A DNA stretch of 64,000 nucleotides from an uncultured Acidobacteriota bacterium (GTDB taxonomy: Bacteria > Acidobacteriota > Terriglobia > UBA7540), in assembly GCA_963804995.1 (NCBI GenBank), contig CAWDSK010000005.1:960001-1024000 (forward strand). The letters run 5' to 3'. Made by a program: the position numbers and the translations under genes. A model generated the notes under the pieces. It saw nothing but the letters and a program-made list of their open reading frames with translations, searched no databases and was not told the DNA's origin. Of the stretch, positions 8,606 through 19,499 are shown in pieces. Positions within the stretch are counted from its first letter, which is position 1, and each line of letters starts with the position of its first letter.

Positions 8606-9574
8606 TCACCAGTGCTTGGGGTCGTCCTTGAACTCGCTGTCCTCTAATTTCCTCAGTTCCGAAAGGCTTCCCGCCGCTTGGGACTTGACCATCTTCCACA
8701 CCTCGGCAAAAGCCTGTCGTGATAGATTAAGTTTCATGCCATCGGACCAATTTACCCACGTCTTCGCACTGATACGGCCGCTCCGTCTCAGAAATACTTG
8801 CTCATTAGATAGGTCCAAATAGTGGTAGATTCCATCCATACACTTAGAGAATTCGTCTGGAGTCAACGTCTGGCCCAGGAGCGCCTTGACGGGGATAGTC
8901 TTAAGGATTTCTCTGTATTGGTGCGATAGCCCATCCTCGAAAGCGGTTATGCTCTGTCTCTTGCTCAGCCAAATTTGCCAGCCAACGAAAATAACGCCGA
9001 GCGCTGTTGCGCATGATCCAATTGCCTGCCAGTTCATGATAGTAATCCTCAACTTGTAATCGTGGCCGTGCGGATACGTTGCGCTCAAGGCCAGACAGGT
9101 CAAGCAAAGCCACGCGATAAAGAAGAGCGAGGGCACCAACCGCATCAACCAACGGTAACTCGGCCAATCCACCCGGTGGATCTTGTAAAGCTCCGCAGCG
9201 TTGTTGTCATATTTGCTCGCAAAGTTCCATTTCGGTAAATCGGATTTTGTGTTCGATGTGGAATCCGAGGTAAGCGATTCCTTTTCAATTTGTTGGATCG
9301 CCGCCCACCAATAGTCAATATAGGATTGTACCTTCTGGTCGTTTCTAATCCAGACTCCAGTCAGGGCAAGTCCAAATGCGCAGGCAATAATGCCAAGAAA
9401 GTTGTTGCAGCCATCTAGGATTACCTTGCCAACACCAAGTAGTAGGGCCGTCTCAAACGCAGCGAAATAGTTTGTTCGGTGCCAGCCAGAATCTACCTGG
9501 AATCGCCAAGTTTCAAACAACAGGCGATATATTCCCAACGTCTCGGTTCGGTTCCGTTCTTGATCGGGCGTCAT
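8606..9574 (-). CDS. Two-domain membrane protein (RipA-like multi-TM N-terminus plus TM-anchored helical C-terminal domain)
   Basis: Several hydrophobic helices; second module begins MNWQAIGSCATALGVIFVGWQI; ATG at 9574 chosen. Confidence 0.6.
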   Translation of the reverse strand: MTPDQERNRTETLGIYRLLFETWRFQVDSGWHRTNYFAAFETALLLGVGKVILDGCNNFLGIIACAFGLALTGVWIRNDQKVQSYIDYWWAAIQQIEKESLTSDSTSNTKSDLPKWNFASKYDNNAAELYKIHRVDWPSYRWLMRLVPSLFFIAWLCLTCLALSATYPHGHDYKLRITIMNWQAIGSCATALGVIFVGWQIWLSKRQSITAFEDGLSHQYREILKTIPVKALLGQTLTPDEFSKCMDGIYHYLDLSNEQVFLRRSGRISAKTWVNWSDGMKLNLSRQAFAEVWKMVKSQAAGSLSELRKLEDSEFKDDPKHW

Positions 9575-9590
9575 GCGGTATTCCTGCTTG

Positions 9591-10043
9591 CTAGTTATCC
9601 AACAACGCTCCACTATCAAATTCGCTTGAAGCCTTGCGGCGGGCTGCAACGAGCCGCGCCCTAAGATCCTCAGGAATCACTGCACAAACAAACTCAATTT
9701 CTTTTGGTACGCGGCCTCCTGCTACCTCCTTTTGGCACTGGTCGAACATGTCAGGCTCCGTAAGAACGATGACCCGGCGCTTTGCCTCGACCAAGGTCAA
9801 AAAGAGCATGTCGGATCGTAGCTTCAGGATCTTGCCGACGGCGTGCTTTCCTCCCGAAGTCTTGGCGCCACTGGTTGAGACAGTGGCGACGATGGAGCGG
9901 TCTTCGCTTACTGCGTCAAAATCAAAGACCCCACCAGATCGGAGCGGCAGGCGCTCCCGCGAGAACTTGGTTCCAAAGTGCGAAAGCATCCAGTTACGCC
10001 TTACCCAGTCTTCCACTTCAACTTGAACGCGGGTATCTGCCAT
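9591..10043 (-). CDS. Hypothetical protein, possible restriction-endonuclease fold
   Basis: GAGG upstream of the start; FDFDAVS...IVATVST resembles a degenerate PD-(D/E)xK core. Confidence 0.6.
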   Translation of the reverse strand: MADTRVQVEVEDWVRRNWMLSHFGTKFSRERLPLRSGGVFDFDAVSEDRSIVATVSTSGAKTSGGKHAVGKILKLRSDMLFLTLVEAKRRVIVLTEPDMFDQCQKEVAGGRVPKEIEFVCAVIPEDLRARLVAARRKASSEFDSGALLDN

Positions 10044-10225
10044 TTGTTGCCCCCTCTGGCTACCTCCTCCTCAGGATCGCAAGAACAATGCCGACCACGA
10101 TCAGTCAAATCAGAAATGAGAAATGCACACGGCCAGATTACGACTGACCGCGGCCGATTGCTGGAAGAGAGTCCCCTCGGGAGATCGCAGACGCTAAGAT
10201 GCAACCGTCTCGCCCGCCCGTTTGC

Positions 10226-12650
10226 TCATGGCACCCTGCATTCAAGGGATTTGCGAAAAGCCGGGTGAATACAATAGCAGAACTGTTGAAGCCCGCTCTT
10301 CATCTTCTGCACGTTATGTTCGAACTGGTACGAATACCGTTCCCGATCATCTGGGTAGGTATAAATACCTAGAAAACCGAACCATAGGAGGAGGTCTTTT
10401 ACCTTGTCCACATCCTCCATCCTGATACCTGCCTCCGCAAGCGCTATTGAAACATCTGAGGGGGTAAGCTGAGCCAATGACCCTATGAACGCATACGTCG
10501 CATTTCCAAATTCCGGCTTTACATCCTTCAACTCAAAGCTAAGATCAACCAGTGCGTCCTCGGAGTACGATCTTTCCGCCGTACAAATGTCGTCCTCAAG
10601 CACTAGTTCATGGCCCCTATTCACTGCCACGTTGATGCAGTCTCTCATAAACCGCAAAACCTCGCGGGGCCGCATGAGGGTCCTTTCAAGAATGTACGAG
10701 AAGGATTCTTCGCCTGATACATGGCTTACAAAGAAGAGTCTCCATAGCTCGTCAAAACTCTCGTCAAGTCCCGTGCTTAGAACGATCCTTCTTCTTAGCA
10801 TTTCCTTGAGCGTTTCCGGGTCGTTCCAATCTAGCAGGGCGGCATTGTCCTTTCCTCGGTCGGCCGGGTCGACTATTAGGTGGTCATATATGTCATTTCT
10901 CAGGAAAACCACGGCATGCAAGTCAACGGACCGGCTTTCGAATTGCCGTTGCAGTTTTCTAGTTGCCTCAAGCAAACTCTTAATTAGGGAAATGTCTTCA
11001 TTCTTCACGTCGAATATCGGCCATCCTTTATCCAAATTGTCGAATAGAAGCCAAATATCCTCCTTCCTGCTCGCGCGCACGAATTCTCCTATGGCATCAT
11101 TGAGTGGTCGGATGTCCTTTCGGTAGATGAGTTGGGTCACCTCAGCTGCCGCACCCACCTTTCCGATCGAATCTTTTCGTTTCAGGATCTCGTCAACGAG
11201 TGCCAAGAGGCGCTCAGAAAAATCACCTTGCTCTGCGCCCGAGACAGAGTAGGTTTCGTAAGCCGCCCGGGTCGCCTCGTAAGCTCCCCGGAGGCGTTCG
11301 TCACGATATGATTGCGGCTCCTCGAAATGAACAATCTTGTGAGCAATTTCCATTAACAACAGGTAATTCCAGAATGCCGTAAGGACATGCATTTGTAAAC
11401 CGGGCGAAAGGTCCTTTAGGACGGTCTCGCGCAATTTAGTAAACTGATGACCCTCCGGTTTCAAATCTAGAACCAAACGCGACCGCTCCTGTGAGTATGC
11501 AGCACGAATCCCGTAGAAGATGGCTGTCTTTCCGGCTCCCTTCCGACCCACGACCAGCCTGGCGTGCCCGCGCTTGGCCTCGTTGTATTGCCCAGTAGGG
11601 ACGAAATAGGAGCGGAGCGCAAGGATTCTCGTTTTCCGCCGCCAAGTCTCCCAGGTCAACCTTCTCGAGGGGGGTCAAGGGAAGAGACGTGGGAATGAAA
11701 CGGCTGTCCTGTAGCATCCCTACAACCGACTTAATGAATGGAATTATTAGGTCGGGTATTGCCTTCGGAGTCTTGTAGCAACGGATTACGTCCCGATAGT
11801 CGATCGGCTGCGTAACTTGGGTTTCCTGCAACATCAGGACATGCTTCCCTGCGGCCATCGCTAGCCCCGCTACAAAGGAGCACCGTGAATTGTGGGGAAT
11901 GTAGCCGGCGCGATTTGGAGCCATCAAGTGGACCACGACACCAAGCGACGACTGAACCTGTTTGAAGGCCTCGTGCAACGAAAGACGAGCCGACTCCCTT
12001 GGATCGAATGCACGGAATCGGAGCCCGGACTTCTTCAACGCGGACATTAAACGTACCATTCCCTCGCTTTGAATCGGACTCTTCATGAGATAAAGGGGTT
12101 GCTCTTTGTTTATGGGAGGCCCCTGGGGCAAGGCGAGACTGGGTGCTGGCTTGGTGAGAAGCTCGTTTGCTATTTCCAACGAGTTTTGGAAGTCGAAGTA
12201 TCCCAGAGTATCGATTAGCCCCAGTTCTGCGAAGGTCCTGGCGTCTTGTATGTATGATGTGTCACGGATTGGAAGGACAGGGATGCCGAGACCGATTGCG
12301 TAACCTATTTCGAACAGAAGATTGAAATTCAATGTTGTCACATCGGCTACGATGAACCTCGTGAAACGCATGCCCTTGCAAATTTGGCAAAAGATTATTT
12401 GGCCAGAAACTCCAAGGTCCTTCCATCCCAGCCAGTTCTTATTGCCTGCAACAGCTTTCAGGCGCCTTAAGGCTTCTTCAATGGTGCTCGCGATAATCTG
12501 GGGTTCGGCCGGATATAGGAATAGCGCGTCTGAGCGGACTGTGTTCTCAAAGGATTGGTCGCAAGGACCGGCGGCATACTCGCAAAAAAGTGGTGGCTGC
12601 GCGATTAACGGCAACTGCATGTTCGGCAGGCTCGAGGACATCCGACACAC
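10226..12650 (-). CDS. Tandem nucleoside-deoxyribosyltransferase/TIR-like domains fused to an Sll1717-like P-loop ATPase (frameshift at about 11626)
   Basis: IVADVTTLNFNLLFEIGYAIG motif; LGDLAAENE joins ILALRSYF if one A is removed; Walker A GRKGAGKT, Walker B WLLFDNLD, RPRE. Confidence 0.8.
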
Positions 12651-13142
12651 CGCTTCCCTGCTCTTAAGGCGACCGCATCCATTGTGCTCTTTGTGATGGG
12701 TGCGGCTTATTGTGCTTCAAAGACGCACTCGTCGCGTTTAGCTCGGGCGGCCGCGTCGTGGTCCCTGTATACACCTACTGTGGGAGCATCGCAAGTGGGA
12801 AGGGTAGGTTACAGTGGACGGGTTACCGGGACCGCGGAGAGTAGGTGAATTCTGAAGTGCGAATCATGGAAAACAGATTTCGTCGCCTGTAGCGACTATG
12901 GGCCGGACCTATCTTGAGGTCCGCCGCTTTTCGCGCCCGCCAACGTTTGTAAGCTCAGTTCAATGTTGCCTCCGCGCGGCATCTGAGAACAGTGGCTAGT
13001 GGTTAGTGGCTAGTGGCTAGTGCTACGAACAGTGACGAAAGGCAAGTGACAAGTGACGAGCAAGGTCCCAAGTCCGAAGCACGGGATCGAAGATCGAAAC
13101 TCGGAAATCGAGAATCCCAAATCACCAATCGAAAATCGTCAA

Positions 13143-13358
13143 TTAGAGGTCTTCCGGCTTAAGGCCGGTGTGCTTGGCGATGCGGGCAAGCATTCTGGGT
13201 CCAATTTCCTCCGAGGCATGGAACGCCCAGGTGAATTCACCTTTGTGGGGGTGGCTAAGTTGAATGTGCGAGGAACCCTTTTGTGCCTTGACGGACCAAC
13301 CGCTTCGGAGAAGGGCACTGAGAACCTTGCGGGCTTTTGTACTCGGCCAGTGACTCAA
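13143..13358 (-). CDS. hicA: HicA-family toxin
   Basis: LLRSGWSVKAQKGSSHIQL.H......TWAFH...EIGP.ML..I.K. Confidence 0.88.
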   Translation of the reverse strand: MSHWPSTKARKVLSALLRSGWSVKAQKGSSHIQLSHPHKGEFTWAFHASEEIGPRMLARIAKHTGLKPEDL

Positions 13359-13576
13359 GGGCAGCAGGCAATGGAGATTTCGAGGGGTTTGTCCTTCTTC
13401 TCTTTCTCGATTTCGTCGGCAAGCACGCGCAGGGCAAGTGCCTTAACCTTGGCCACCGCTTCCCGTTTGTTCTTGCCATAGGCGAGGACTCCAGGAAGTG
13501 AGGTGATTTCGGCAATCCAACGCCCGTCCTCTTCGCGGTCCAGCTCAATCTGAAACTTCACGCGGCTCTCTCCCAT
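13355..13576 (-). CDS. hicB: HicB-family antitoxin
   Basis: ELDREEDGRWIAEI..LPGV.AYG....EA; start at ATG 13576 or GTG 13561. Confidence 0.88.
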   Translation of the reverse strand: MGESRVKFQIELDREEDGRWIAEITSLPGVLAYGKNKREAVAKVKALALRVLADEIEKEKKDKPLEISIACCP

Positions 13577-13684
13577 CCGGTTTTCGCTAGTGCCATCGTA
13601 AAACACGGCCGGCGGCAGGTCAATGTCGAAATATCACCGCTTCTCTACGTGTGGCGCCGGTTGCTGTAGCGGCGTTCGCCGCCT

Positions 13685-13993
13685 CGGTTCACTATTGCCC
13701 CCGCACGGCATCCCGCGCAGTTTGTGCCACAGCCGACCTGCCCCGATGCATTGGGGTCTTGGCCGTGACCCTTCACGGGCGGGAGAAGCTGTGAAAAAAT
13801 AGATAATCTCGCGCAGAGCCGCTGAGGCGCAGAGATTTTAAGCAAATAACTGATTTGTTTTCTTTGGGGCCTCCGCGCCTCTGCGCGAGATGCTTTTGCT
13901 CGTTCAGGGATTTTTTCACGGCTTCGGACGCCCGCGGCACTTTTCTCGGACAATTCGTTGCCCGCATTGCATTTTAGGGCTACCGGTAGCCCA
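13685..13993. repeat. Composite repeat: core A, REP, MITE (13785-13925, GGA duplication) and GGGCTACCGGTAGCCC palindrome
   Basis: About 310-bp direct repeat of 22433-22750. Confidence 0.85.
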
Positions 13994-14550
13994 AATCGTA
14001 CGCAGGGGTATTGACTTTGCCATAACAATAGTGGTTATCATAAGGGGTGGAAGCGATGGCGTCCTCATGAAGTAGTGCCGAGCCTGCTATGAGTGGGACG
14101 AAGGATCGGCAGATCGGGCACCCGCGAAAAATGCTCACCATAAGGCGGCGCTGCAATGGCCTCGGCTCTCGCGATGTGTCGCATAATAAAGGTGTTAGCG
14201 GTTAAGACTCGAAACTTGTCGAAACCCTATCTCATTCATTTAACAAGGGTTAGCATGAACTGCGGGAGCCGATGCGAAAAAACGCGGGGGGAAAAAATGA
14301 AGGATAGTGTCGCGATATTGTTGAAAACAGATTCCAGCCTGCGCCAATTGTGGCGGCTCACCCGTGGTCCGCCGGGGGGCGCTGATCTGTAGAGATGTTA
14401 AAAATGAAGGAACCTCCGGGGATGTGTATGAAAACACAGGAGAGGGGACAATTTGTCAGGCTATTTTTCGAGCTTTTTACAGAAAATTCCCGAGTTTTGC
14501 GACTATGGAGGGCAATCGAGCGGGATTGTTGGCCTGAAATACGCGAATTG

Positions 14551-15172
14551 GGGTATCCACTTGACTCAGCCACCCCCTACATCTTGTGGTTTGGCCGGGG
14601 CGGTTCGGATGATGGAGGCGTAGGTGGCTGGTTCTACGGCGACAGCCTGTTGCACAAGCCGAAAGAACAATTTGCCCCGGCTGCGCGATCTCCGGCGGTT
14701 GAACCGGAAGGTGAACTCGTCCAAATAATAATCTAGGTGTTCGATACGGACGGCCCCTTGATGGGTACCCAGCAGCCATCGCTTGAGCAGCGAGATAACC
14801 CGATGGACCCGTGGCAACAGATCGGACGGAGACTTCTCGGGATTTCGACCCGAGGTGGTCCAATGGCGGTAACCCCTCCACCTCCACCGTTCCGGCCAAC
14901 CGGTCCCGGCCCGGTCGTACCATCGCCCGGCGCAGTTTATGCAGCCAAGCCCAAGCGGTCTGGTAACTTCCCAACCCCAACACCCGCTGCAGCCCCAAGG
15001 CACTCACGCCGTTTTTCTGAGTGGTCACCCACCACATCGCCCGGAACCAAACTGTCAACGGGGTGTGCGTGTCCTGGAAGATCGTTCCTGCTGTCACCGA
15101 TGCCTGGCGACCGCACCCCGCACACTGCCACAGACCCGAACGCATCGACCAAGACGTGGCCGCCCCGCAGCC
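14551..15172 (-). pseudogene. IS1595-family transposase relic, 5'-truncated and internally deleted
   Basis: Zn ribbon WQCAGCGRQASVTAGTIF and YQTAWAWLHKLRRAM; joined out of frame to LKRWLLGTHQG...YLDEFTFRFNRR; DE/D core absent; one IS end near 14551. Confidence 0.85.
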
Positions 15173-15257
15173 CAGACTCAGTGCCTCTGTCGCCGTCCGA
15201 GCTGACCCTTGTCTTCTCTTCAACCTTTGCAATACATGCGTTCTAGGCAGGGACACG

Positions 15258-16961
15258 TCAGGGGGGGAGCCCGATGCGGTCAAGCAGGTTACGAAAGCGA
15301 GCCGAGTGTGCGAGGGGTTCAAACCTTGGGTCGCAGTTGAGGAAAACCAGAAGCGGGTCGTGCTGCTCGTAGGCCTTTTCGATGCACCCCAAAGTGCATT
15401 CGTTGTTTCCCAGGTGGACCGCCGCCTGCGCCAGGAAGATGTAACGCACGTATTGTTGTTTGCTCAGGGTGGCCAACTCTTCCAGCAGGCGCTCCGCGGA
15501 CGTTCGTCGCCCCGCCAGGGCATAGACAGAACAGAGCGTTGAAGTAAAGATGGTCTGGCTCCTGGCGAGGGCTCTGGCCTTCTCGCAATGGGTAAGGGCG
15601 TGAGCGAAATCGCCCTTTTGTGCCAAGCACACCCCCAGCATCATGTGAATCAGGGCCGTGGAGGGATCATGGCTCAGTAGCTTTCGGCAAACCTCGATGG
15701 CCAGATCGTAACTCCGGGCGAGGATTCCCAGAACGGCCAGCGCCGAGCCGATTACCGGCGACAGGGGGTCGAGCCGCAACGCCTGTCTCAGCTCCTCGGC
15801 GGCCTCGTCAGGCCTAAAGACAACCAAGTGACACGCGGCCAGGAGCATCCACGCGCTTCCATCGCTGGAATTAAGCTCGATGGCGCGCCGGCAACTGGCC
15901 TCGGCTTCCGGCCAGTTCCAAGCGCCGAAGAGGTGCCATGCCGCCAGCGCGGCATGGGCGCGGCAGAGCTGCGGATCCAAATCCAAGGCCTTCAGGGCAA
16001 GTTCCCTGGTTGCCCACAACGCGGCGGCGGGTGGATAGTCGTACCAAAAGGCCAGACGAAACCAGGCCGTGGCGAGTTCGGCGTACGCGGGAGCACAATT
16101 CGAGTCGATGGCAACCGCCCGGCTGAAAACATCAAGGCTCTTCTTGATATCCGCCTCCGACCACTGGAAAAGCAGGGTCCCTGAAAGGTAGGCATTATGG
16201 GCCGCCGGGATCCAGGTGGTCTGCGGATGCGGGTTCTGCGTAATAGGCAAGCCGAGCTTGGCTGACAGGGCGCCAGCAAGTTCCCGTGCCAACCCTTGCT
16301 GGAGTGAAAATAAAGCCGGGAGCTGGATTTCAAAACTATCTGCCCAGACTTGGGCCTGGTCGCGCGCCGCAATGAGTCGTGCGGTCAGGCGGACCTGCCG
16401 CCCGTGCCAGCGCAATCCTCCCTCCATGACGTAATCCACGCCTAATTCCTTCCCGATTTGCTCGATGCTTTTCGCCAATTGCTTGTAGTACACGACCGAG
16501 GTGAAACCGATGACCCGGAGATGTCCCGGACTCAGTTGGCCGAATTCGGAAATGACTTCATCGGTGAGGGCGTCCGCAAACGTTCCCTTCGCAGGATTGC
16601 TCGTAAAGTTTCTGAAGGGAAGGACGGCAATCATGATTGGCCGCCCTGAGGAGGGTTCGTGTTTTGTAATCCCAGCGAGTGCTGGCAAAAGCCCTGAGGT
16701 GAGGGGCCCCGGGCCATGACCCGTACTTTCCGCCCTCCTGCGACTCTTTAGCCAAGCATCAATCTTATCGGTGAAGGCATAGACTGTTTCTTTCTTATGA
16801 TGCAGGTGACGGCGGACCGGCAGACCCTCCGCCCGCTCCCAGCGGCGGACCGTCCGCGGGCTGCGCTTCAGATAGGCCGCAATTTCCTTCCAGGAATCGA
16901 GTCGCAGTCCGGGGGCGGGAGTGACAATGCTCGGCTCCGGGGACGTTCCTGCGTTTGACAC
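15258..16961 (-). CDS. HTH / TolB-N-like / TPR regulatory protein
   Basis: LDSWKEIAAYL...RTVRRWE, IAVLPFRN, multiple TPRs, DPRFEPL C-terminus. Confidence 0.85.
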   Translation of the reverse strand: MSNAGTSPEPSIVTPAPGLRLDSWKEIAAYLKRSPRTVRRWERAEGLPVRRHLHHKKETVYAFTDKIDAWLKSRRRAESTGHGPGPLTSGLLPALAGITKHEPSSGRPIMIAVLPFRNFTSNPAKGTFADALTDEVISEFGQLSPGHLRVIGFTSVVYYKQLAKSIEQIGKELGVDYVMEGGLRWHGRQVRLTARLIAARDQAQVWADSFEIQLPALFSLQQGLARELAGALSAKLGLPITQNPHPQTTWIPAAHNAYLSGTLLFQWSEADIKKSLDVFSRAVAIDSNCAPAYAELATAWFRLAFWYDYPPAAALWATRELALKALDLDPQLCRAHAALAAWHLFGAWNWPEAEASCRRAIELNSSDGSAWMLLAACHLVVFRPDEAAEELRQALRLDPLSPVIGSALAVLGILARSYDLAIEVCRKLLSHDPSTALIHMMLGVCLAQKGDFAHALTHCEKARALARSQTIFTSTLCSVYALAGRRTSAERLLEELATLSKQQYVRYIFLAQAAVHLGNNECTLGCIEKAYEQHDPLLVFLNCDPRFEPLAHSARFRNLLDRIGLPP

Positions 16962-17226
16962 GTTGAGGCTCCAGGGACCCGCGTTGCCACAACTTTAAAC
17001 CATTTCCGGGCAAGCTTCAAAGCAAATGTACGAATTTACCAAGTGGGCCGTGGCAAAAGTTATGGCCAAGTGCGGCCAAACGCGGCCACGAAGGCCATGG
17101 CCCGCTTTGTCCGTTGCCGCCCTTGGCATTGGCCGCGTAGTTTGGATGAGGGGAAGAAAGATCAATCAAGGATTCATTCGCGGGCCGGCGCCACCAAGAC
17201 CAAGGCGATCAACTAAAAGGGGGAGT

Positions 17227-17580
17227 ATGAGTTTGGAAGTGCAGATTCATGAGGGAGAGACCCACTTGTCAATAAAAGCTGTGGGCCAATACAGTCTGGC
17301 CAATCTCCACGACCTTTTCGATCGAGTAGGAAAGGAGAGTGAGAATCGTGCCAAGCAGAGAATAATCCTCGATGTCACCGAGGTTGCTGGGGCCATTCCA
17401 GTTTTGGACATGCTGAAGCTGGGCGAGCATTGTGCCCGGTTTTGGGAGCAGGCGCTCAAAGTTGCGATCATATCCCCGGTGGGGGGGCTCAACATGTTCT
17501 TCGAGAATGTCGCATGGAACCGAGGAGTACAAATAGCTGTTGTTCCGAATCAAGGCGCGGCGATTGAGTGGGTAAGGTGA
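17227..17580 (+). CDS. STAS/SpoIIAA-like small protein
   Basis: GGAG upstream; IILDV...KVAII...FFENVAWNRG...AIEWV pattern. Confidence 0.7.
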   Translation: MSLEVQIHEGETHLSIKAVGQYSLANLHDLFDRVGKESENRAKQRIILDVTEVAGAIPVLDMLKLGEHCARFWEQALKVAIISPVGGLNMFFENVAWNRGVQIAVVPNQGAAIEWVR

Positions 17581-17623
17581 TCAGCGAACTGATGGATATG
17601 ACTGTCTCGAGTGAGGACTACAG

Positions 17624-17884
17624 ATGGGAAAGAAGACCCGGCAAAACGCTATTCGGGTGACCAGCGAGTTGTTCGAGCTGGGAAGAATGATGATGTCCCG
17701 TAGAAGCGCAGGGAACTTCTCAGAATATGTTCGAGGTCTGATTCTGCTGGACGCCGCTCATCACTCCCCCGAGCTGCTGGCCGGCCATGACCTTCCTGTA
17801 TGGATCACCAGGGATAAGAGATTCGAATTGTATTTTTTCACCAGAGAGGACAATGCCGTGGAAGAAGAGGAAGGTACAGCATGA
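17624..17884 (+). CDS. Hypothetical protein, possible ribbon-helix-helix DNA-binding protein
   Basis: GAGGA upstream; AIRVTSELFE...NFSEYVRGLI; overlaps the next start (ATGA). Confidence 0.5.
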   Translation: MGKKTRQNAIRVTSELFELGRMMMSRRSAGNFSEYVRGLILLDAAHHSPELLAGHDLPVWITRDKRFELYFFTREDNAVEEEEGTA

Positions 17885-18240
17885 ATTTGGAAGTGCAAGT
17901 TCAAGAGGTGAACAACTACTTGTCACTAAGCGCCGAGGGCCAATACAGTCTCGCTGGTCTATTCGGCCTTTGCGACAGAGTGAAAGCCGAGAGTGATAAA
18001 AGTACCCATTAAAGAGTCATCCTTGATGTCTCCAGGATTACTGGAACCATTCCACTAATGGACATGTTTATGCTGGGCGAACATTGTGCAAAGGTCTGGA
18101 AAGGGTCATTCCGGATCGCGCTCATTTCCCCGCCAATGGGAATCTACGAATTCTTCGAGAATGTCGCCAGCAACCGAGGAGTACCAATAGCGGTGGTTCC
18201 GAATCAAGCCGCGGCGATGGAGTGGTTAGCTTTGCACTGA
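17881..18240 (+). pseudogene. Paralog of the 17227 STAS-like gene with an in-frame stop
   Basis: MNLEVQVQE...GQYSLA...TH*RVILDV...; TAA at 18010-18012 aligns with a Gln codon in the paralog. Confidence 0.8.
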
Positions 18241-18458
18241 GTCTCGATAACCCACCGCCTTACCTGCTAGACAATCCACAACATTCCGTTATCCTAAATC
18301 TATCGTGCATTACAAATAGATATATGACTGCACTACGAATGCAATGCACGATATTTTCAAGTGGCTCCAGCCCCCGCCGATAAGTGTCCTGTGAACGGCA
18401 AGTGAGACCGGCAATTGAGTGATCTTCAGTTCACAAAATGGGGGAAAGAGGAGCCTTT

Positions 18459-19442
18459 ATGAAGAACCTGCAATACGTATTCATTCTCACGCTGGGCCTT
18501 CTGAGTATTCCAGTCCTGTGGGCGAAAGAGGGCGGCGACCAGTACCCGAACGGGGCGGAAAACTGGTTCGCGGGGGCCGTACCCCCGCCCGGCTTCTACT
18601 TTGTTAACTACTCTGGCTACTACGGCGGTGAACTCAAGAATGGTTCAGGTCAAAACGTCAATGTGAATGGAGCGACGCCGACCGTAGGCGCAGCTTTCGA
18701 CGCTCTCCGTTTTATAGATATGACTCGATTCAAGATCTTTGGGGCGGAGTGGGGGATGCATGTGATTGTCCCGGTCGTGTATCAAAGGATGGACTTTGGA
18801 GGCTGGAATAGCCGGGCGAACGTCGGTGACATTACCATCGACCCGCTCATCCTGGGATGGCATCACCCGACATGGCATGCCGCAGCGGCTTTTGACATTA
18901 ACCTTCCCACTGGGTACTACGACAAGAATGACCCGCGGGTGTGTATCGGTGCCCACTACTACAGCTTTGAGCCGATTGTAGCTTACAGCTACATGCCAAA
19001 ATCCGGTTGGGAAGTCTCCACGAAACTGATGTACAACCTGAAAACAATCAATCCTGCCACCCAATACCACTCGGGTCAGGAGTTCCACGCCGATTACGCC
19101 GCCGGCAAACACCTTGGGGCCTGGATGCTTGGAGCCACTGGCTATGTGGTCAAGCAGACAACCAATGATGTGGTCAATGGCCAAACCGTAGCCGCAGTGC
19201 CGGAGATGTGGGATACCGGTCGCCGAGGGGAGGCCCTGGCGGTGGGTCCCAGCGTTGGGTACACAAACAAGCGCCATATAACCTTTATCGTGCAGTGGCA
19301 GCACGAAACGCTGGTCAGGGACCGCTTTGGGGGAGACAAGTTCTGGTTCAAGATGATTGTCCCCACGGCCAGTCTGTTCCCTGGCCAGAAACATCAAGCC
19401 AGCAGCCGCAGTACCCACGCAAGCACTTTTCGTGGCATTTGA
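18459..19442 (+). CDS. SphA / Phenol_MetA_deg family outer-membrane beta-barrel
   Basis: Signal peptide; YPNGAENW..G..PPPG.Y, PTGYYD, YHSGQEFH.DY. Confidence 0.88.
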   Translation: MKNLQYVFILTLGLLSIPVLWAKEGGDQYPNGAENWFAGAVPPPGFYFVNYSGYYGGELKNGSGQNVNVNGATPTVGAAFDALRFIDMTRFKIFGAEWGMHVIVPVVYQRMDFGGWNSRANVGDITIDPLILGWHHPTWHAAAAFDINLPTGYYDKNDPRVCIGAHYYSFEPIVAYSYMPKSGWEVSTKLMYNLKTINPATQYHSGQEFHADYAAGKHLGAWMLGATGYVVKQTTNDVVNGQTVAAVPEMWDTGRRGEALAVGPSVGYTNKRHITFIVQWQHETLVRDRFGGDKFWFKMIVPTASLFPGQKHQASSRSTHASTFRGI

Positions 19443-19499
19443 CGCGAAGGCCCGTAATCACCGTCTTCAGTTTGGGCGGGCGGACACCAAGGAGGACCA

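Noticed and set aside
5012..12650. Classical integron with attC sites
   Set aside because: No tyrosine recombinase in the window, and I could not find RYYYAAC...GTTRRRY-bounded hairpins after the genes.
13645..14028. Duplicated small ORFs (also 22133-22594, 53096-53640, 37678-38107)
   Set aside because: They are translations of REP/MITE repeats with no RBS or family motifs.
18010..18012. Stop-codon recoding (also TGA at 26560-26562)
   Set aside because: Neighbouring genes end normally on TAA, TAG and TGA; single substitutions or base-call errors explain both cases.
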